Assembly (NCBI GenBank): GCA_964576165.1
Contig: CAZNUC010000001.1
Coordinates: forward strand, 1-63,489
From: an uncultured Candidatus Planktophila sp.
GTDB taxonomy: Bacteria; Actinomycetota; Actinomycetes; Nanopelagicales; Nanopelagicaceae
DNA length: 63,489 bases
Direction: 5' to 3'
Shown: positions 30,041-40,085 of the stretch, one piece after another
How positions within the stretch are numbered: the stretch's first letter is position 1
Layout: each line of letters begins with the position of its first letter
Made by a program: the position numbers and the translations under genes
Notes under the pieces: generated by a model
Seen by the model: the letters and a program-made list of their open reading frames with translations, nothing else
What the model was told of the DNA's origin: nothing
The model's database searches: none

Positions 30041-31282
30041 ATGAAATCCTGGGCTGGCTCCATCGCATCTTTGCAGCAGGGTATTCGAGTAGTTCCGCCA
30101 CTTTCACTCTTTAATACAGCGTCGAATTCAATCGAGACGGTTGAGAAGAAAGAGCTATATCGACTCTATGTTTGTGGCATTACTCCCTACGATGCAACGC
30201 ACCTTGGTCACGCCAGTACTTATGTTGCCTTTGATCTGATCAATCGTTATCTACGATTTACTGGCGCAAACGTGCGCTTTGTTGAAAATATTACAGATAT
30301 TGACGACCCATTACTTGAACGGGCACGACGTGATCAGGTGGATTGGCAAGATCTTGCACACTCGCAGATCGAGTTATTCCGAGGTGACATGGTTGCCCTG
30401 CGAGTCCTCCCACCTGATCATTACATCGGAGTCGTTGAGGCGATGAATCAAATCATTTCTTCGATACTCGCACTCCAATCTAAGGGTGCGCTCTACTCTG
30501 TCGATGACGATCTCTATTTCCGCGTGCGGTTAGATCCTGACTTCCTGACACGTAGTCATATCTCACTCGAGACCGCTCTCTCGTTTTTTTCAGAGCGCGG
30601 AGGAGATCCCAACCGTGAAGGCAAAGAAGATCCATTAGATGCTCTTGTGTGGAGGGCCCAGCGTGAAGGAGAGCCAGGGTGGCCCAGCCCCTTCGGCATC
30701 GGAAGACCAGGATGGCATATCGAATGTTCGGCGATCGCGCTACATTTTCTTAATCCCGATAGCCATGATGAGTTCGCAATCGATATTCAGGGTGGGGGAA
30801 GTGATTTGATTTTTCCTCATCACGATATGTCTGCGGCGCAAGGAGTTATTGCAACTGGTCAGAAATTTGCTCGGTTCTTTGTTCACGCAGGAATGATCGG
30901 TCTTGACGGCCAGAAGATGAGTAAGTCACTCGGCAATCTTCTCTTCGTTTCGCGTCTCATTGATGGGGGAGTAGATCCGATGGCTATTCGAATCGCTCTG
31001 ATGGGTCACCATTACCGAAGTGATCACATGTGGGGAGCTTCCGAGATTGATCAAGCGACGGCCCTTGTTGATCGTCTTCGTTTGAACTTATCTCGCGTCG
31101 AAGTTGCGCCAACAAGTTCGGTGATTGAACTTATTGTCTCTGCACTCTCTCAGGATTTGGATACACCTCGCGCAATCGCAGCGCTGAAAGCCTGGTGTGA
31201 TGGGTGTGATGCTGGTTATGTTGGCGGCAGTCCAGGGGAGCTATCTCGTGTACTAGATGATCTCTTAGGGATAGCCTTCTAG
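30041..31282 (+). CDS. mshC: Cysteine:GlcN-Ins ligase (mycothiol synthesis)
   Basis: YVCGITPYDATHLGH, GRPGWHIECS, KMSKSLGN, no anticodon-binding domain. Confidence 0.96.
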   Translation: MKSWAGSIASLQQGIRVVPPLSLFNTASNSIETVEKKELYRLYVCGITPYDATHLGHASTYVAFDLINRYLRFTGANVRFVENITDIDDPLLERARRDQVDWQDLAHSQIELFRGDMVALRVLPPDHYIGVVEAMNQIISSILALQSKGALYSVDDDLYFRVRLDPDFLTRSHISLETALSFFSERGGDPNREGKEDPLDALVWRAQREGEPGWPSPFGIGRPGWHIECSAIALHFLNPDSHDEFAIDIQGGGSDLIFPHHDMSAAQGVIATGQKFARFFVHAGMIGLDGQKMSKSLGNLLFVSRLIDGGVDPMAIRIALMGHHYRSDHMWGASEIDQATALVDRLRLNLSRVEVAPTSSVIELIVSALSQDLDTPRAIAALKAWCDGCDAGYVGGSPGELSRVLDDLLGIAF

Positions 31283-32146
31283 TTAATTTTCGTTCTGGCG
31301 ACGCAAGAATCGTTCGAGTTCGCGAGCAATTTCATCCCCCGAAACATCTTTAAATTCAGCCGCATCCTTACTTTCTTCCAAAGCTTTTACATACTCTGAA
31401 ACATCCGTATCTTCCTGAGCCATCTCTGAGACTTCGTTCTCCCACTCTTGCGATTGATGAACGAGGTCAGCCAATGGAAGTGAAATTTCAAGGAAATCTT
31501 CGAGAGCATTGATCAGTGCAAGTGTCGCCTTTGGCGATGGAGAGTTTGAAGCGTAGTGAGGCAGCCCGGCCCACAGCGAAACACAGTCGACTTCTCGCTT
31601 GAGCGCACCGTCTGCAATTATCCCGAGAATTCCTGTCGGACCCTCGTACTTACTTATCTCAACTCCTAGTCGCGCAGCGATATCTGGATGTCCACCGCTG
31701 CCACTGACTGAAATTGGTCGAGTATGTGGAGTATCAGCCAACATTGCACCGAGAGTAATTATGAGATCCACCTCAAGATCATCGGCTAAATCAAGTAGCA
31801 GTGATGTAAACGTCTTCCACTTCATAGATGGTTCGACACCTAAGACAAGTACGTAATCATGATCGAGATGAGATGTATGTACTCCATAGACCTGTGTTGA
31901 TGGCCAATTAACGCTACGGACCATCGATTCATCAACAGAGATCATTGGTCGATTCACTTGAAAGTCATAAAAATCTTCAACGTCATATTCAGCGATCAGT
32001 ATCGCTTCCTGAGGATCCTCGCTCTGATCTAAGTTCTCAAGCAGATGAGTGAGTGCACCAGTTGCTGCTTCACCTGCATCACTCCAGCCAGAGAAGGCGA
32101 CAATCATCGTTGGTCGCCTGAGATGTGGGATTGTAAAAATCTCCAT
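31283..32146 (-). CDS. PAC2-family (proteasome assembly chaperone-like) protein
   Basis: AFSGWSDAGEAAT, FYDFQVNRP, ADTPHTRP, YEGPTGI, PHY; start 32146 supported by -10 box 7 nt upstream. Confidence 0.88.
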   Translation of the reverse strand: MEIFTIPHLRRPTMIVAFSGWSDAGEAATGALTHLLENLDQSEDPQEAILIAEYDVEDFYDFQVNRPMISVDESMVRSVNWPSTQVYGVHTSHLDHDYVLVLGVEPSMKWKTFTSLLLDLADDLEVDLIITLGAMLADTPHTRPISVSGSGGHPDIAARLGVEISKYEGPTGILGIIADGALKREVDCVSLWAGLPHYASNSPSPKATLALINALEDFLEISLPLADLVHQSQEWENEVSEMAQEDTDVSEYVKALEESKDAAEFKDVSGDEIARELERFLRRQNEN

Positions 32147-32153
32147 ATCTCCC

Positions 32154-32168
32154 ACCTTAAGGTAACCT
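32154..32168. promoter_or_regulatory. Back-to-back -10 boxes for divergent leaderless PAC2 and metH transcripts
   Basis: TAAGGT (minus, 32159-32154) 7 nt before ATG 32146; TAACCT (plus, 32163-32168) 7 nt before GTG 32176. Confidence 0.65.
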
Positions 32169-32175
32169 TTGTGTC

Positions 32176-35100
32176 GTGACGAACGCTAAAACACCCTCTG
32201 AGCTAAGAAAAGCTCTCGCCTCCCGCGTAGTGATCGCAGATGGTGCGATGGGAACAATGCTCCAGGCGGCTGACCCATCGCTGGAAGACTTTCAGGGGCA
32301 TGAGGGCTGTAACGAAATATTGAATGTGTCTCGTCCGGATGTCGTCCGATCGGTGCATGATGAGTATCTCAAAGTGGGCGTTGACGCGATTGAGACAAAT
32401 ACCTTTGGTGCCAACTGGGCCAATTTGGCCGAGTATGGGATCGAAGACCGAATCTACGAACTCGCCTACGCGGGCGGTGTAATCGCCCGTGCTGCTGCCG
32501 ATGCTTTTTCAACGCCTGATAAGCCTCGCTTTGTTCTTGGCTCTTTGGGACCTGGGACAAAGTTGCCGAGTTTAGGACATACAACTTATTCATTCTTACG
32601 TGATGCTTACGAGACCGCTTCTCAGGCGCTCGTTGATTCAGGTGCGGATGCTCTTCTGATTGAAACCACCCAGGACTTGTTACAAGCCAAGGCTGCAGTC
32701 AACGGTGCACGGGCTGCAATAGATAAGTCAGATCGTGACCTGATACTAATTGCGCAGGTAACTGTTGAAACAACAGGAACCATGCTTTTAGGATCTGAAA
32801 TCGGCGCGGCGCTCAACGCGTTAGAACCGCTGAATATCGATTTGATTGGCCTCAACTGCGCTACCGGTCCTGCAGAAATGTCTGAGCATCTGCGCTACCT
32901 CAGCAAGAACGCTCAGTGCGAAATCTCAGTAATGCCCAACGCTGGCCTACCCGTGTTGGGACCAAAAGGCGCTACATATTCTCTCGGGCCTGACGCGCTG
33001 GCGGATGCACTTGCAACCTTTGTTAACGATTACAAAATCACCCTCATCGGTGGCTGTTGCGGAACGACACCTGAACATCTCGCTGCTGTTGTTAAACGTC
33101 TTGACCGCAAAGTTGTAGAGCGTCGCACATCGTATGCTGATCCCGGCGCTTCTTCTCTCTATCAGTACGTACCCTTTCGACAGGACAACACATATATGGC
33201 CATTGGTGAACGAACCAATGCCAACGGTTCGAAAGCCTTCCGTGATGCTCTCGTTGAAGAGAAATGGGAAACCTGCGTAGAGATCGCACGCGATCAGATT
33301 CGCGATGGCGCACATATGCTCGACCTTTCTGTCGATTATGTAGGCCGCGACGGAGTCAGAGATATGACTGAGATCGCCAAACGTTTTGCGACGGCGTCAA
33401 CGCTTCCCGTCGTGTTGGATTCAACAGAGCCTGCGGTGCTCAAGGCTGGTCTTGAACAACTGGGAGGACGCAGCATTATCAACTCCGTTAACTATGAAGA
33501 CGGAGACGGTCCAACTTCCCGCTTTGCCAGAATCATGCCGTTGGTTGTTGAACACGGCGCATCGGTAGTGGCACTTACTATTGATGAAGAAGGACAGGCC
33601 CGAACTGCCGAATGGAAACTTCGTGTCGCTAGACGACTGATTAAAGATCTGACTGAGAACTGGGGTATCAAGACCGGTGACATTCTTATTGACACTCTTA
33701 CATTTCCAATTGCTACTGGGCAAGAAGAAACGCGACGCGATGGATTGGAAACAATTAGCGCTATTCGCACACTTAAGAGTGAATACCCAGATGTTCAAAC
33801 TACTCTGGGAGTAAGCAACGTTTCCTTCGGTCTGAATCCTGCGGCACGTGTAGTGCTGAACTCAGTATTTCTCCATGAATGTGTGATGGCTGGTTTAGAT
33901 TCGGCAATTGTTCATCCTTCTAAGATCATGCCTCTTGCCCGTATCGATCAGGCGCAGAGAGAGGTTGCACTCGACCTCATCTATGATCGCCGGAGATTTG
34001 AGGGGGAGGACTGCGTCTATGACCCACTGACCGCCTACCTTCAACTCTTCGAAGGAGTAGAACTCGCTGCCTCTCGAAATGTAAGAGCCGCCGAACTTGC
34101 TGCTCTGCCGTTGGAAGAGCGCTTACAGCGGAGAATTATCGACGGAGAGAAAGTTGGCCTCACTGATGATCTTGATTTGGCGATGGCATCTTCAATCGAG
34201 CCTCTTGCAATTATCAATGATCATCTCCTCGAAGGAATGAAAGTTGTCGGTGAGCTCTTTGGTAAAGGAGAGATGCAACTTCCCTTCGTTCTCCAATCTG
34301 CTGAGGTAATGAAGTCGGCTGTGGCATACCTCGAGCCACATATGGAGAAGATTGATGATGAAGGTCGGGGATCAATTCTACTTGCAACGGTAAAGGGAGA
34401 TGTTCACGATATTGGAAAGAATCTTGTCGACATTATTCTTTCAAATAATGGATACCGAGTAGTTAATATTGGAATCAAACAGACCATCAACCAGATCATT
34501 GACGCTGCTCAGGAATCTGATGTCGATGCGATCGGAATGTCTGGACTATTGGTCAAGTCGACAGTGATTATGCGCGAGAATTTAGAGGAACTCACCGCGC
34601 GCAGCCTTGATCAAAAGTGGCCGGTCATCCTTGGCGGCGCTGCTCTTACAAGAGCTTTCGTTGAAGTTGATTTAGCCGAAAGTTTCCCTGGCGAAGTGCG
34701 TTATGCACGAGATGCCTTTGAAGGGCTTCATCTCATGGATGCAATCATGGCGGTTAAAAAGGGTGTACCCGGTGCTGCACTCCCGGCTCTACGAGAACGC
34801 AAGGTCAAGGCAGTATCAAAAGTCATTGTCGATGAACCGATCGACACAAGGCGCAGTGATGTTGCCATCGATTGCTCAATCCCAGATGCTCCGTTTTATG
34901 GATCAAGAATTATTAAGGGAATCCCGCTAGCCGATTATGTTGGAATGCTCGATGAACGTGCGCTCTTTATGGGCCAGTGGGGTCTTAAGGGTGGACGTGG
35001 TGAGTATGAAGCGATGGTTGAAAACGAGGGACGACCACGTCTTCGTTCTCTGCTTAATGAAGTTCAATCGCAAGGTTGGCTCAACGCAGCGGTTGTCTAT

Positions 35101-35673
35101 GGATATTTTCCTTGTGTAAGCGATGGAAATGATTTAGTCATACTGCATCACGAGGGTCCTGATAAAGGAAAAGAACGCACTCGCTTCTCGTTCCCACGGC
35201 AACGTCGTGATCGCCGTCTTTGCCTCTCTGATTTCTTTGCAGATAAAGACAGTGGAAAGACAGATGTCGTTGCCTTCCATGTGGTGACGATGGGAAGCGT
35301 TGTCTCTGAAGCGGCAGCAAAACTTTTTGCGGAAAATAAGTATCGCGAGTACATGGAGTTGCACGGCCTCTCGGTCCAACTGACAGAGGCGCTTGCTGAG
35401 CATTGGCACGCTCGTATCCGAGAAGAACTCAATGTTCGACACGAAGACTCACCTGATATTGCCGGAATTCTAGATCAAGGTTATCGAGGTTCTCGCTACT
35501 CGTTCGGATACCCAGCCTGTCCCGATATCGAACAGCAAGTTCAACTCTGCGAACTTCTCGAGCCAGGCCGAATCGGTGTGGAACTTTCGGAAGAATTTCA
35601 GTTGCATCCTGAACAATCTACCTCTGCAATTATTGTTCATCATCCTGAAGCAAAATACTTCAACGCGAATTAA
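32176..35673 (+). CDS. metH: Cobalamin-dependent methionine synthase
   Basis: DGAMGTM, LNCATGP, GGCCGT, GERTNANGS, KGDVHDIGKN, RYSFGYPACP. Confidence 0.98.
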   Translation: MTNAKTPSELRKALASRVVIADGAMGTMLQAADPSLEDFQGHEGCNEILNVSRPDVVRSVHDEYLKVGVDAIETNTFGANWANLAEYGIEDRIYELAYAGGVIARAAADAFSTPDKPRFVLGSLGPGTKLPSLGHTTYSFLRDAYETASQALVDSGADALLIETTQDLLQAKAAVNGARAAIDKSDRDLILIAQVTVETTGTMLLGSEIGAALNALEPLNIDLIGLNCATGPAEMSEHLRYLSKNAQCEISVMPNAGLPVLGPKGATYSLGPDALADALATFVNDYKITLIGGCCGTTPEHLAAVVKRLDRKVVERRTSYADPGASSLYQYVPFRQDNTYMAIGERTNANGSKAFRDALVEEKWETCVEIARDQIRDGAHMLDLSVDYVGRDGVRDMTEIAKRFATASTLPVVLDSTEPAVLKAGLEQLGGRSIINSVNYEDGDGPTSRFARIMPLVVEHGASVVALTIDEEGQARTAEWKLRVARRLIKDLTENWGIKTGDILIDTLTFPIATGQEETRRDGLETISAIRTLKSEYPDVQTTLGVSNVSFGLNPAARVVLNSVFLHECVMAGLDSAIVHPSKIMPLARIDQAQREVALDLIYDRRRFEGEDCVYDPLTAYLQLFEGVELAASRNVRAAELAALPLEERLQRRIIDGEKVGLTDDLDLAMASSIEPLAIINDHLLEGMKVVGELFGKGEMQLPFVLQSAEVMKSAVAYLEPHMEKIDDEGRGSILLATVKGDVHDIGKNLVDIILSNNGYRVVNIGIKQTINQIIDAAQESDVDAIGMSGLLVKSTVIMRENLEELTARSLDQKWPVILGGAALTRAFVEVDLAESFPGEVRYARDAFEGLHLMDAIMAVKKGVPGAALPALRERKVKAVSKVIVDEPIDTRRSDVAIDCSIPDAPFYGSRIIKGIPLADYVGMLDERALFMGQWGLKGGRGEYEAMVENEGRPRLRSLLNEVQSQGWLNAAVVYGYFPCVSDGNDLVILHHEGPDKGKERTRFSFPRQRRDRRLCLSDFFADKDSGKTDVVAFHVVTMGSVVSEAAAKLFAENKYREYMELHGLSVQLTEALAEHWHARIREELNVRHEDSPDIAGILDQGYRGSRYSFGYPACPDIEQQVQLCELLEPGRIGVELSEEFQLHPEQSTSAIIVHHPEAKYFNAN

Positions 35674-35683
35674 AGTCTGATCG

Positions 35684-36334
35684 ATGACTTTTAAGGCAGC
35701 GTTCTTTGATATGGATGGCCTCTTTCTTGACTCAGAACCACAGTGGCACCAATCTCAGCAAGAACTCTGTGCTCGTTACGGATATTTGTGGGATGACGAG
35801 GATCAACGAATCTGTATCGGGGGGCCACTCTCTCGTGTGGGTATCTATATCTCGCAGATGTGCGCTCATGATATGTCTGGTGCAGATGTTGTCGAAGAAC
35901 TCACTCAGATGATGCTCGCAAAGCTTTCGAGTGAAGCAATCCTTATGCCAGGGGCGTTTGATGCCGTTAATCGAGTCCGAGAGGTAATGCCGGTGGCGCT
36001 AGTCAGCGCCAGTCCAAGAAATTTGATGGACGCTGCTCTCTCTTCACTTCCACCGGGATTCTTTTCATTTACGATTAGTGCAGATGATGTCGAGCGAACA
36101 AAACCTTTCCCAGATCCCTATCTTGAGGCAGCTAAACGGATGAGCGTTTATCCGAGCGAGTGCGTGGTTTTCGAAGATTCACTTACAGGGATCTCTTCTG
36201 CGCAAGAGGCGGGCTGTGCTGTTGTCGCAGTACCTCACTATGTAGAAGTTATCGAATCTCGCTCTGTAAAAGTGGCGCAAAGTCTGCACGAAGTCAACGC
36301 AACAATTCTGCAGGATTTCTATAATAGCCTTTAA
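35684..36334 (+). CDS. HAD-superfamily hydrolase
   Basis: FDMDG, KPFPDPY, VFEDS. Confidence 0.92.
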   Translation: MTFKAAFFDMDGLFLDSEPQWHQSQQELCARYGYLWDDEDQRICIGGPLSRVGIYISQMCAHDMSGADVVEELTQMMLAKLSSEAILMPGAFDAVNRVREVMPVALVSASPRNLMDAALSSLPPGFFSFTISADDVERTKPFPDPYLEAAKRMSVYPSECVVFEDSLTGISSAQEAGCAVVAVPHYVEVIESRSVKVAQSLHEVNATILQDFYNSL

Positions 36335-37083
36335 TTGTGTGCCGGACAGATGTTCTTAAAGAAGCACCAGTCACATAGTCGACTTGGCTTAGGTGGGAAG
36401 TGATCTTTCTCAATAGATTCAATAATCTCAGCAGCTATTGCGAGCAGCTTCTTCTCGGTTGAGATTAACTCCGCCTCTTTCGGTGAACTTTTTACCGTTC
36501 GCGCATCACCTAGATAATGCAGCACAAGAAGCGTTGGGATAACACCATGTAGTCTCCAATAAAGAAGAGCGTAGACGCGAAGTTGAAAGAGCGCTTTCTC
36601 TTCCCATCCTGGTTTTGGTGATTTCCCACTCTTGTAATCAACGATGCGCACTTCACCGGTCGGGGCAATATCAATGCGATCAACATAGCCATGGAGGTAA
36701 ACCTTTGTGGTGAGATCCTGTTCAAGATGCATCTCTCGATGAGTTGGCTCGAATGACTCAGGCTTTTCAAGGAGAAAGTAGTTCTTGAGAAGCGCCTCCA
36801 CTCGATCTAGCCACTCTTTTTCGTTGAGAACAAGGTGAGCGAGCTCTGGCTTTGCCTCAATTTGATCCTTCCACCGCGAAGGTGCCATTGCGGTAGCACT
36901 CTGATGGTTGCGCTCTTGCGCAGGAAGATCGAAGAGGTCTTCTAGGATTGTATGAATTAAAGTTCCGCGTTCGGCATCAATACTCGGTGGTTCAGGCAGA
37001 AGTTCGATCACCCGATACTTATAAAGTCGAGGACAATTGTTGAATTCAGAGACTCGGCTGGGGGAGAGGCGAATCGAAGTCAC
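36331..37083 (-). CDS. RecB-family / Cas4-like PD-(D/E)XK exonuclease with Fe-S cysteines
   Basis: LSPSR...CPR, GTLIH, GYVDRID, IVDYKSG, QLRVY, CDWCFFKNIC; start GTG 37083 (TATCGT box 7 nt upstream). Confidence 0.9.
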   Translation of the reverse strand: MTSIRLSPSRVSEFNNCPRLYKYRVIELLPEPPSIDAERGTLIHTILEDLFDLPAQERNHQSATAMAPSRWKDQIEAKPELAHLVLNEKEWLDRVEALLKNYFLLEKPESFEPTHREMHLEQDLTTKVYLHGYVDRIDIAPTGEVRIVDYKSGKSPKPGWEEKALFQLRVYALLYWRLHGVIPTLLVLHYLGDARTVKSSPKEAELISTEKKLLAIAAEIIESIEKDHFPPKPSRLCDWCFFKNICPAHN

Positions 37084-37134
37084 ACTGGCGACGATACCCC
37101 CACACATCGATACTTCTCACCATAAGATAGGGCT

Positions 37135-38019
37135 GTGTCGGATTCCATAAAAAATTCAATTTCAGGTGCCAGAACGCCAGGCTACTTCGCGGCAGGGGAT
37201 CGGATCCAACTGACAGATCCAAAGGGCAAGCTATACAGCTTCACGATTACGCCAGGCAAAGAATGGCATACACATAAGGGCTGGATAGTTCATGATGAAC
37301 TTATTGGTTTGCCGGAAGGATCGGTAGTCTCAACTACCGCCGGATTAAAGTTCACCGCTTTCATTCCTCTTCTCTCCGATTATGTTCTCTCAATGCCTCG
37401 TGGTGCAACAATTGTTTATCCTAAGGATGCGGCCATGATCATTGGGGTCGCAGATATTTATCCCGGATCGCGAGTTCTTGAGGCTGGCGTTGGTAGTGGA
37501 GCGCTCTCGCTCTCGATTCTTCGAGCGGTAGGAAGTGAAGGATCACTCGACTCATTTGAGCGTCGAGATGATTTTGCAGAGATCGCAAGAAAAAATGTAA
37601 TTGAGTACTTTGGTATCCACCCTGACCAATGGACTCTTACAGTAGGATCAGTTCAAGATCATCCGCACACACATACATATGACCGTGTTGTTCTAGACAT
37701 GCTAGCTCCGTGGGAGTGCGTTGAGATGGCGGCAAAGGTACTGCGTCCCGGGGGAGTTTTTCTTGCCTATGTTGCAACGACGACGCAGTTATCGGCAACA
37801 GCAGAAGCGCTTAAAGCAGATGGTCACTTCACCGAACCAGAGAGTTCAGAAACAATTGTTCGTGGTTGGCATCATGAAGGCTTGGCTGTCAGACCTCAGC
37901 AACGAATGATTGGCCATACAGGATTTCTTATCCAGAGCAGGCGAATGGCTCCAGGTGTTGATGTCCTCGCGCGCAGACGTAGGCCAGCAAAGGGTGCATA
38001 CGGTGTCGCGGAAGAGTGA
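37135..38019 (+). CDS. trmI: tRNA (adenine58-N1)-methyltransferase
   Basis: MPRGATIVYPKD, EAGVGSGAL, LDMLAPW, GHTGFL. Confidence 0.95.
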   Translation: MSDSIKNSISGARTPGYFAAGDRIQLTDPKGKLYSFTITPGKEWHTHKGWIVHDELIGLPEGSVVSTTAGLKFTAFIPLLSDYVLSMPRGATIVYPKDAAMIIGVADIYPGSRVLEAGVGSGALSLSILRAVGSEGSLDSFERRDDFAEIARKNVIEYFGIHPDQWTLTVGSVQDHPHTHTYDRVVLDMLAPWECVEMAAKVLRPGGVFLAYVATTTQLSATAEALKADGHFTEPESSETIVRGWHHEGLAVRPQQRMIGHTGFLIQSRRMAPGVDVLARRRRPAKGAYGVAEE

Positions 38020-38929
38020 ACGTCTGGTTAATCTCACAATTGCACTCCTAGCAACAAAACGCTATCTCACTAAATCTGAGATCTTCAGAACGGTCGAAGG
38101 TTATGAAGGTTCGGCTGACGCTATGGAGCGAATGTTTGAACGAGATAAGGATGATCTTCGAGGGTTGGGCATTGTCATTGAATTAGGAACCTTCGATCCG
38201 CTCTTTGAAGATGAGGCGGGATACCGAATCACTCCGTCTTCTTATCAACTGGATCTTGGGAATCTCGATGGTCGAGATATTGCGCTTTTATCTCTCGCTG
38301 CTTCATCGTGGTCTGGCGCAGCGCTGGAAGAGGTTTCTACATCAGCGCTAGTCAAACTCGAATCGATTGGTATCGATGCCGATCTAGAGTCGATCTCACT
38401 CTCGCCTCGTATTGGCGCAACTAATTCTCACTTCACAATCATTACCGATGCAATTATGAGGCGAGCAGTTGTCACCTTCGATTATGTTTCGGCGGATTTG
38501 TCGGTGAGCTCTCGTGAACTCCATCCATTTGCCCTGAGAGGGCGAGCTGGCTCATGGTTTCTTATCGCCTTCGATGTGAATAAAGGCGAGCAGCGTACAT
38601 TTCGCTTAGATCGAATCTCAGGTGAAGTCACCGTTGGAAAGAAAAGTGAGGCCTTCGCCCCGCCATCATCCCTTCATGAAGAGCCACTTGAAGATCAACC
38701 GATGGCAACGCTTCTTCTCCGTAAGAACAGAGGAAATCAGTTTCGATCAAAGTCGAAATCAATTGTCACAGGTGACGAATGGGACACAGTTCAGGTTCCG
38801 ATCATTTCTAGTTCTTGGATTCTTTCACTCATTCTTTGGCACCGCGATGATGTGGTGGTCTTAGAACCGGAATCTTTGAGGCAAGAAACGATACGAACTC
38901 TTGAGAAAGTAAAGAGTGCTCATGGTTAA
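38003..38929 (+). CDS. pafB: WYL-domain transcriptional activator PafB
   Basis: SRKSERLVNLTIALL, RMFERDKDDLR, WFL...RTFRLDRI; GTG start overlapping trmI end. Confidence 0.9.
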   Translation: MSRKSERLVNLTIALLATKRYLTKSEIFRTVEGYEGSADAMERMFERDKDDLRGLGIVIELGTFDPLFEDEAGYRITPSSYQLDLGNLDGRDIALLSLAASSWSGAALEEVSTSALVKLESIGIDADLESISLSPRIGATNSHFTIITDAIMRRAVVTFDYVSADLSVSSRELHPFALRGRAGSWFLIAFDVNKGEQRTFRLDRISGEVTVGKKSEAFAPPSSLHEEPLEDQPMATLLLRKNRGNQFRSKSKSIVTGDEWDTVQVPIISSSWILSLILWHRDDVVVLEPESLRQETIRTLEKVKSAHG

Positions 38930-39887
38930 GAAAACCTCGACTCCCATCGAACAGACGGCGCGCCTTCTTGATCTGGTTCCTTTCCTTCTTACCCATCAAG
39001 GAATCGCGCTAGAAGATCTCGCGAAGCAATTTGGAGTGACCCAAGAAGTAATCCTCGATGATCTCAACACGTTGTGGATGTGCGGACTTCCTGGGTATAC
39101 ACCGCTAGAGCTCATAGATCTTGAGTTCGACTCTGGTTATGTCACGATCCGAAATGCCGATCCGCTAGCAAAGGTGAGGGCACTCAGTGGATCCGAAATG
39201 GTCACTCTCGCTCTAGGTCTTGATTTGTTGCTTAATGGTTTAGAAGGTCTGCCGCCTGAAGTGACGGATCGAATTGTTGAACTCTCAGAACGCGTTCGGT
39301 CTGTAATTGGCTCGCAGATAACGATCACTGAAGCCGCGCAGAGTCAGGTACGTGCAGTCATAGACCGTGCGATAGCAGAGAGAGCAAATGTTTCGATAGC
39401 GTATTTCTCCCCACAGCGCGATGAAGTGAAAGAGAGAATTATTTCCCCATTTGGTTTCTTTACAGAAGGATCTTTTGAATACGTTGAGGCCTTCTGTGAT
39501 CTAGCTGGCGCAACAAGAACATTTCGTCTCGACCGTATCAATTCGATTTCACCTGATTTATTGCCTCGACTGAACTCTTCCCCCAAAGAATCCGTCTCAT
39601 CCCCGAAGAACTCACCGCCACAAAGTACGAAGGCGCGGATCATGCGGGGCGATCGTTGGACGGCGGAGTCATTGGGACTTAGCCCGGGCCAGGTCACAAT
39701 CGGAGAGTCGATTTCCCTCTCGGCATATTCAATGGATTGGCTCGCCCGAACGGCGCTCGGCTCATGCGGGGATCTGGTCATCGATTCTCCCGATGAGATT
39801 CGTAGGAGGATTGTCCAATCGGTTGAATCTACGCTAGCCCTTTATGAAGAGGGTGCGATACCGTTAGCACCAACATTACGTAAATGA
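38922..39887 (+). CDS. pafC: WYL-domain transcriptional activator PafC
   Basis: [36 protein letters not shown]. Confidence 0.9.
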   Translation: MVKKTSTPIEQTARLLDLVPFLLTHQGIALEDLAKQFGVTQEVILDDLNTLWMCGLPGYTPLELIDLEFDSGYVTIRNADPLAKVRALSGSEMVTLALGLDLLLNGLEGLPPEVTDRIVELSERVRSVIGSQITITEAAQSQVRAVIDRAIAERANVSIAYFSPQRDEVKERIISPFGFFTEGSFEYVEAFCDLAGATRTFRLDRINSISPDLLPRLNSSPKESVSSPKNSPPQSTKARIMRGDRWTAESLGLSPGQVTIGESISLSAYSMDWLARTALGSCGDLVIDSPDEIRRRIVQSVESTLALYEEGAIPLAPTLRK

Positions 39888-39897
39888 AGGAGATCTA

Positions 39898-40080
39898 GTG
39901 AATCTGACCCAGCCAAGCCACATCTTGCTCGTACTCGTGGTTCTTGTTCTGCTCTTCGGAGCAAAGAGACTTCCTGACTCTGCGCGTTCACTCGGACAGT
40001 CACTCAAGATATTCAAATCTGAGATGAGCGATAAGAAAGACGAGAAGAAGACAGACCAAGACGGTTCTGCCTCGGCTTAA
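39898..40080 (+). CDS. tatA: Twin-arginine translocase TatA
   Basis: TM helix then [23 protein letters not shown]. Confidence 0.95.
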   Translation: MNLTQPSHILLVLVVLVLLFGAKRLPDSARSLGQSLKIFKSEMSDKKDEKKTDQDGSASA

Positions 40081-40085
40081 CACCT

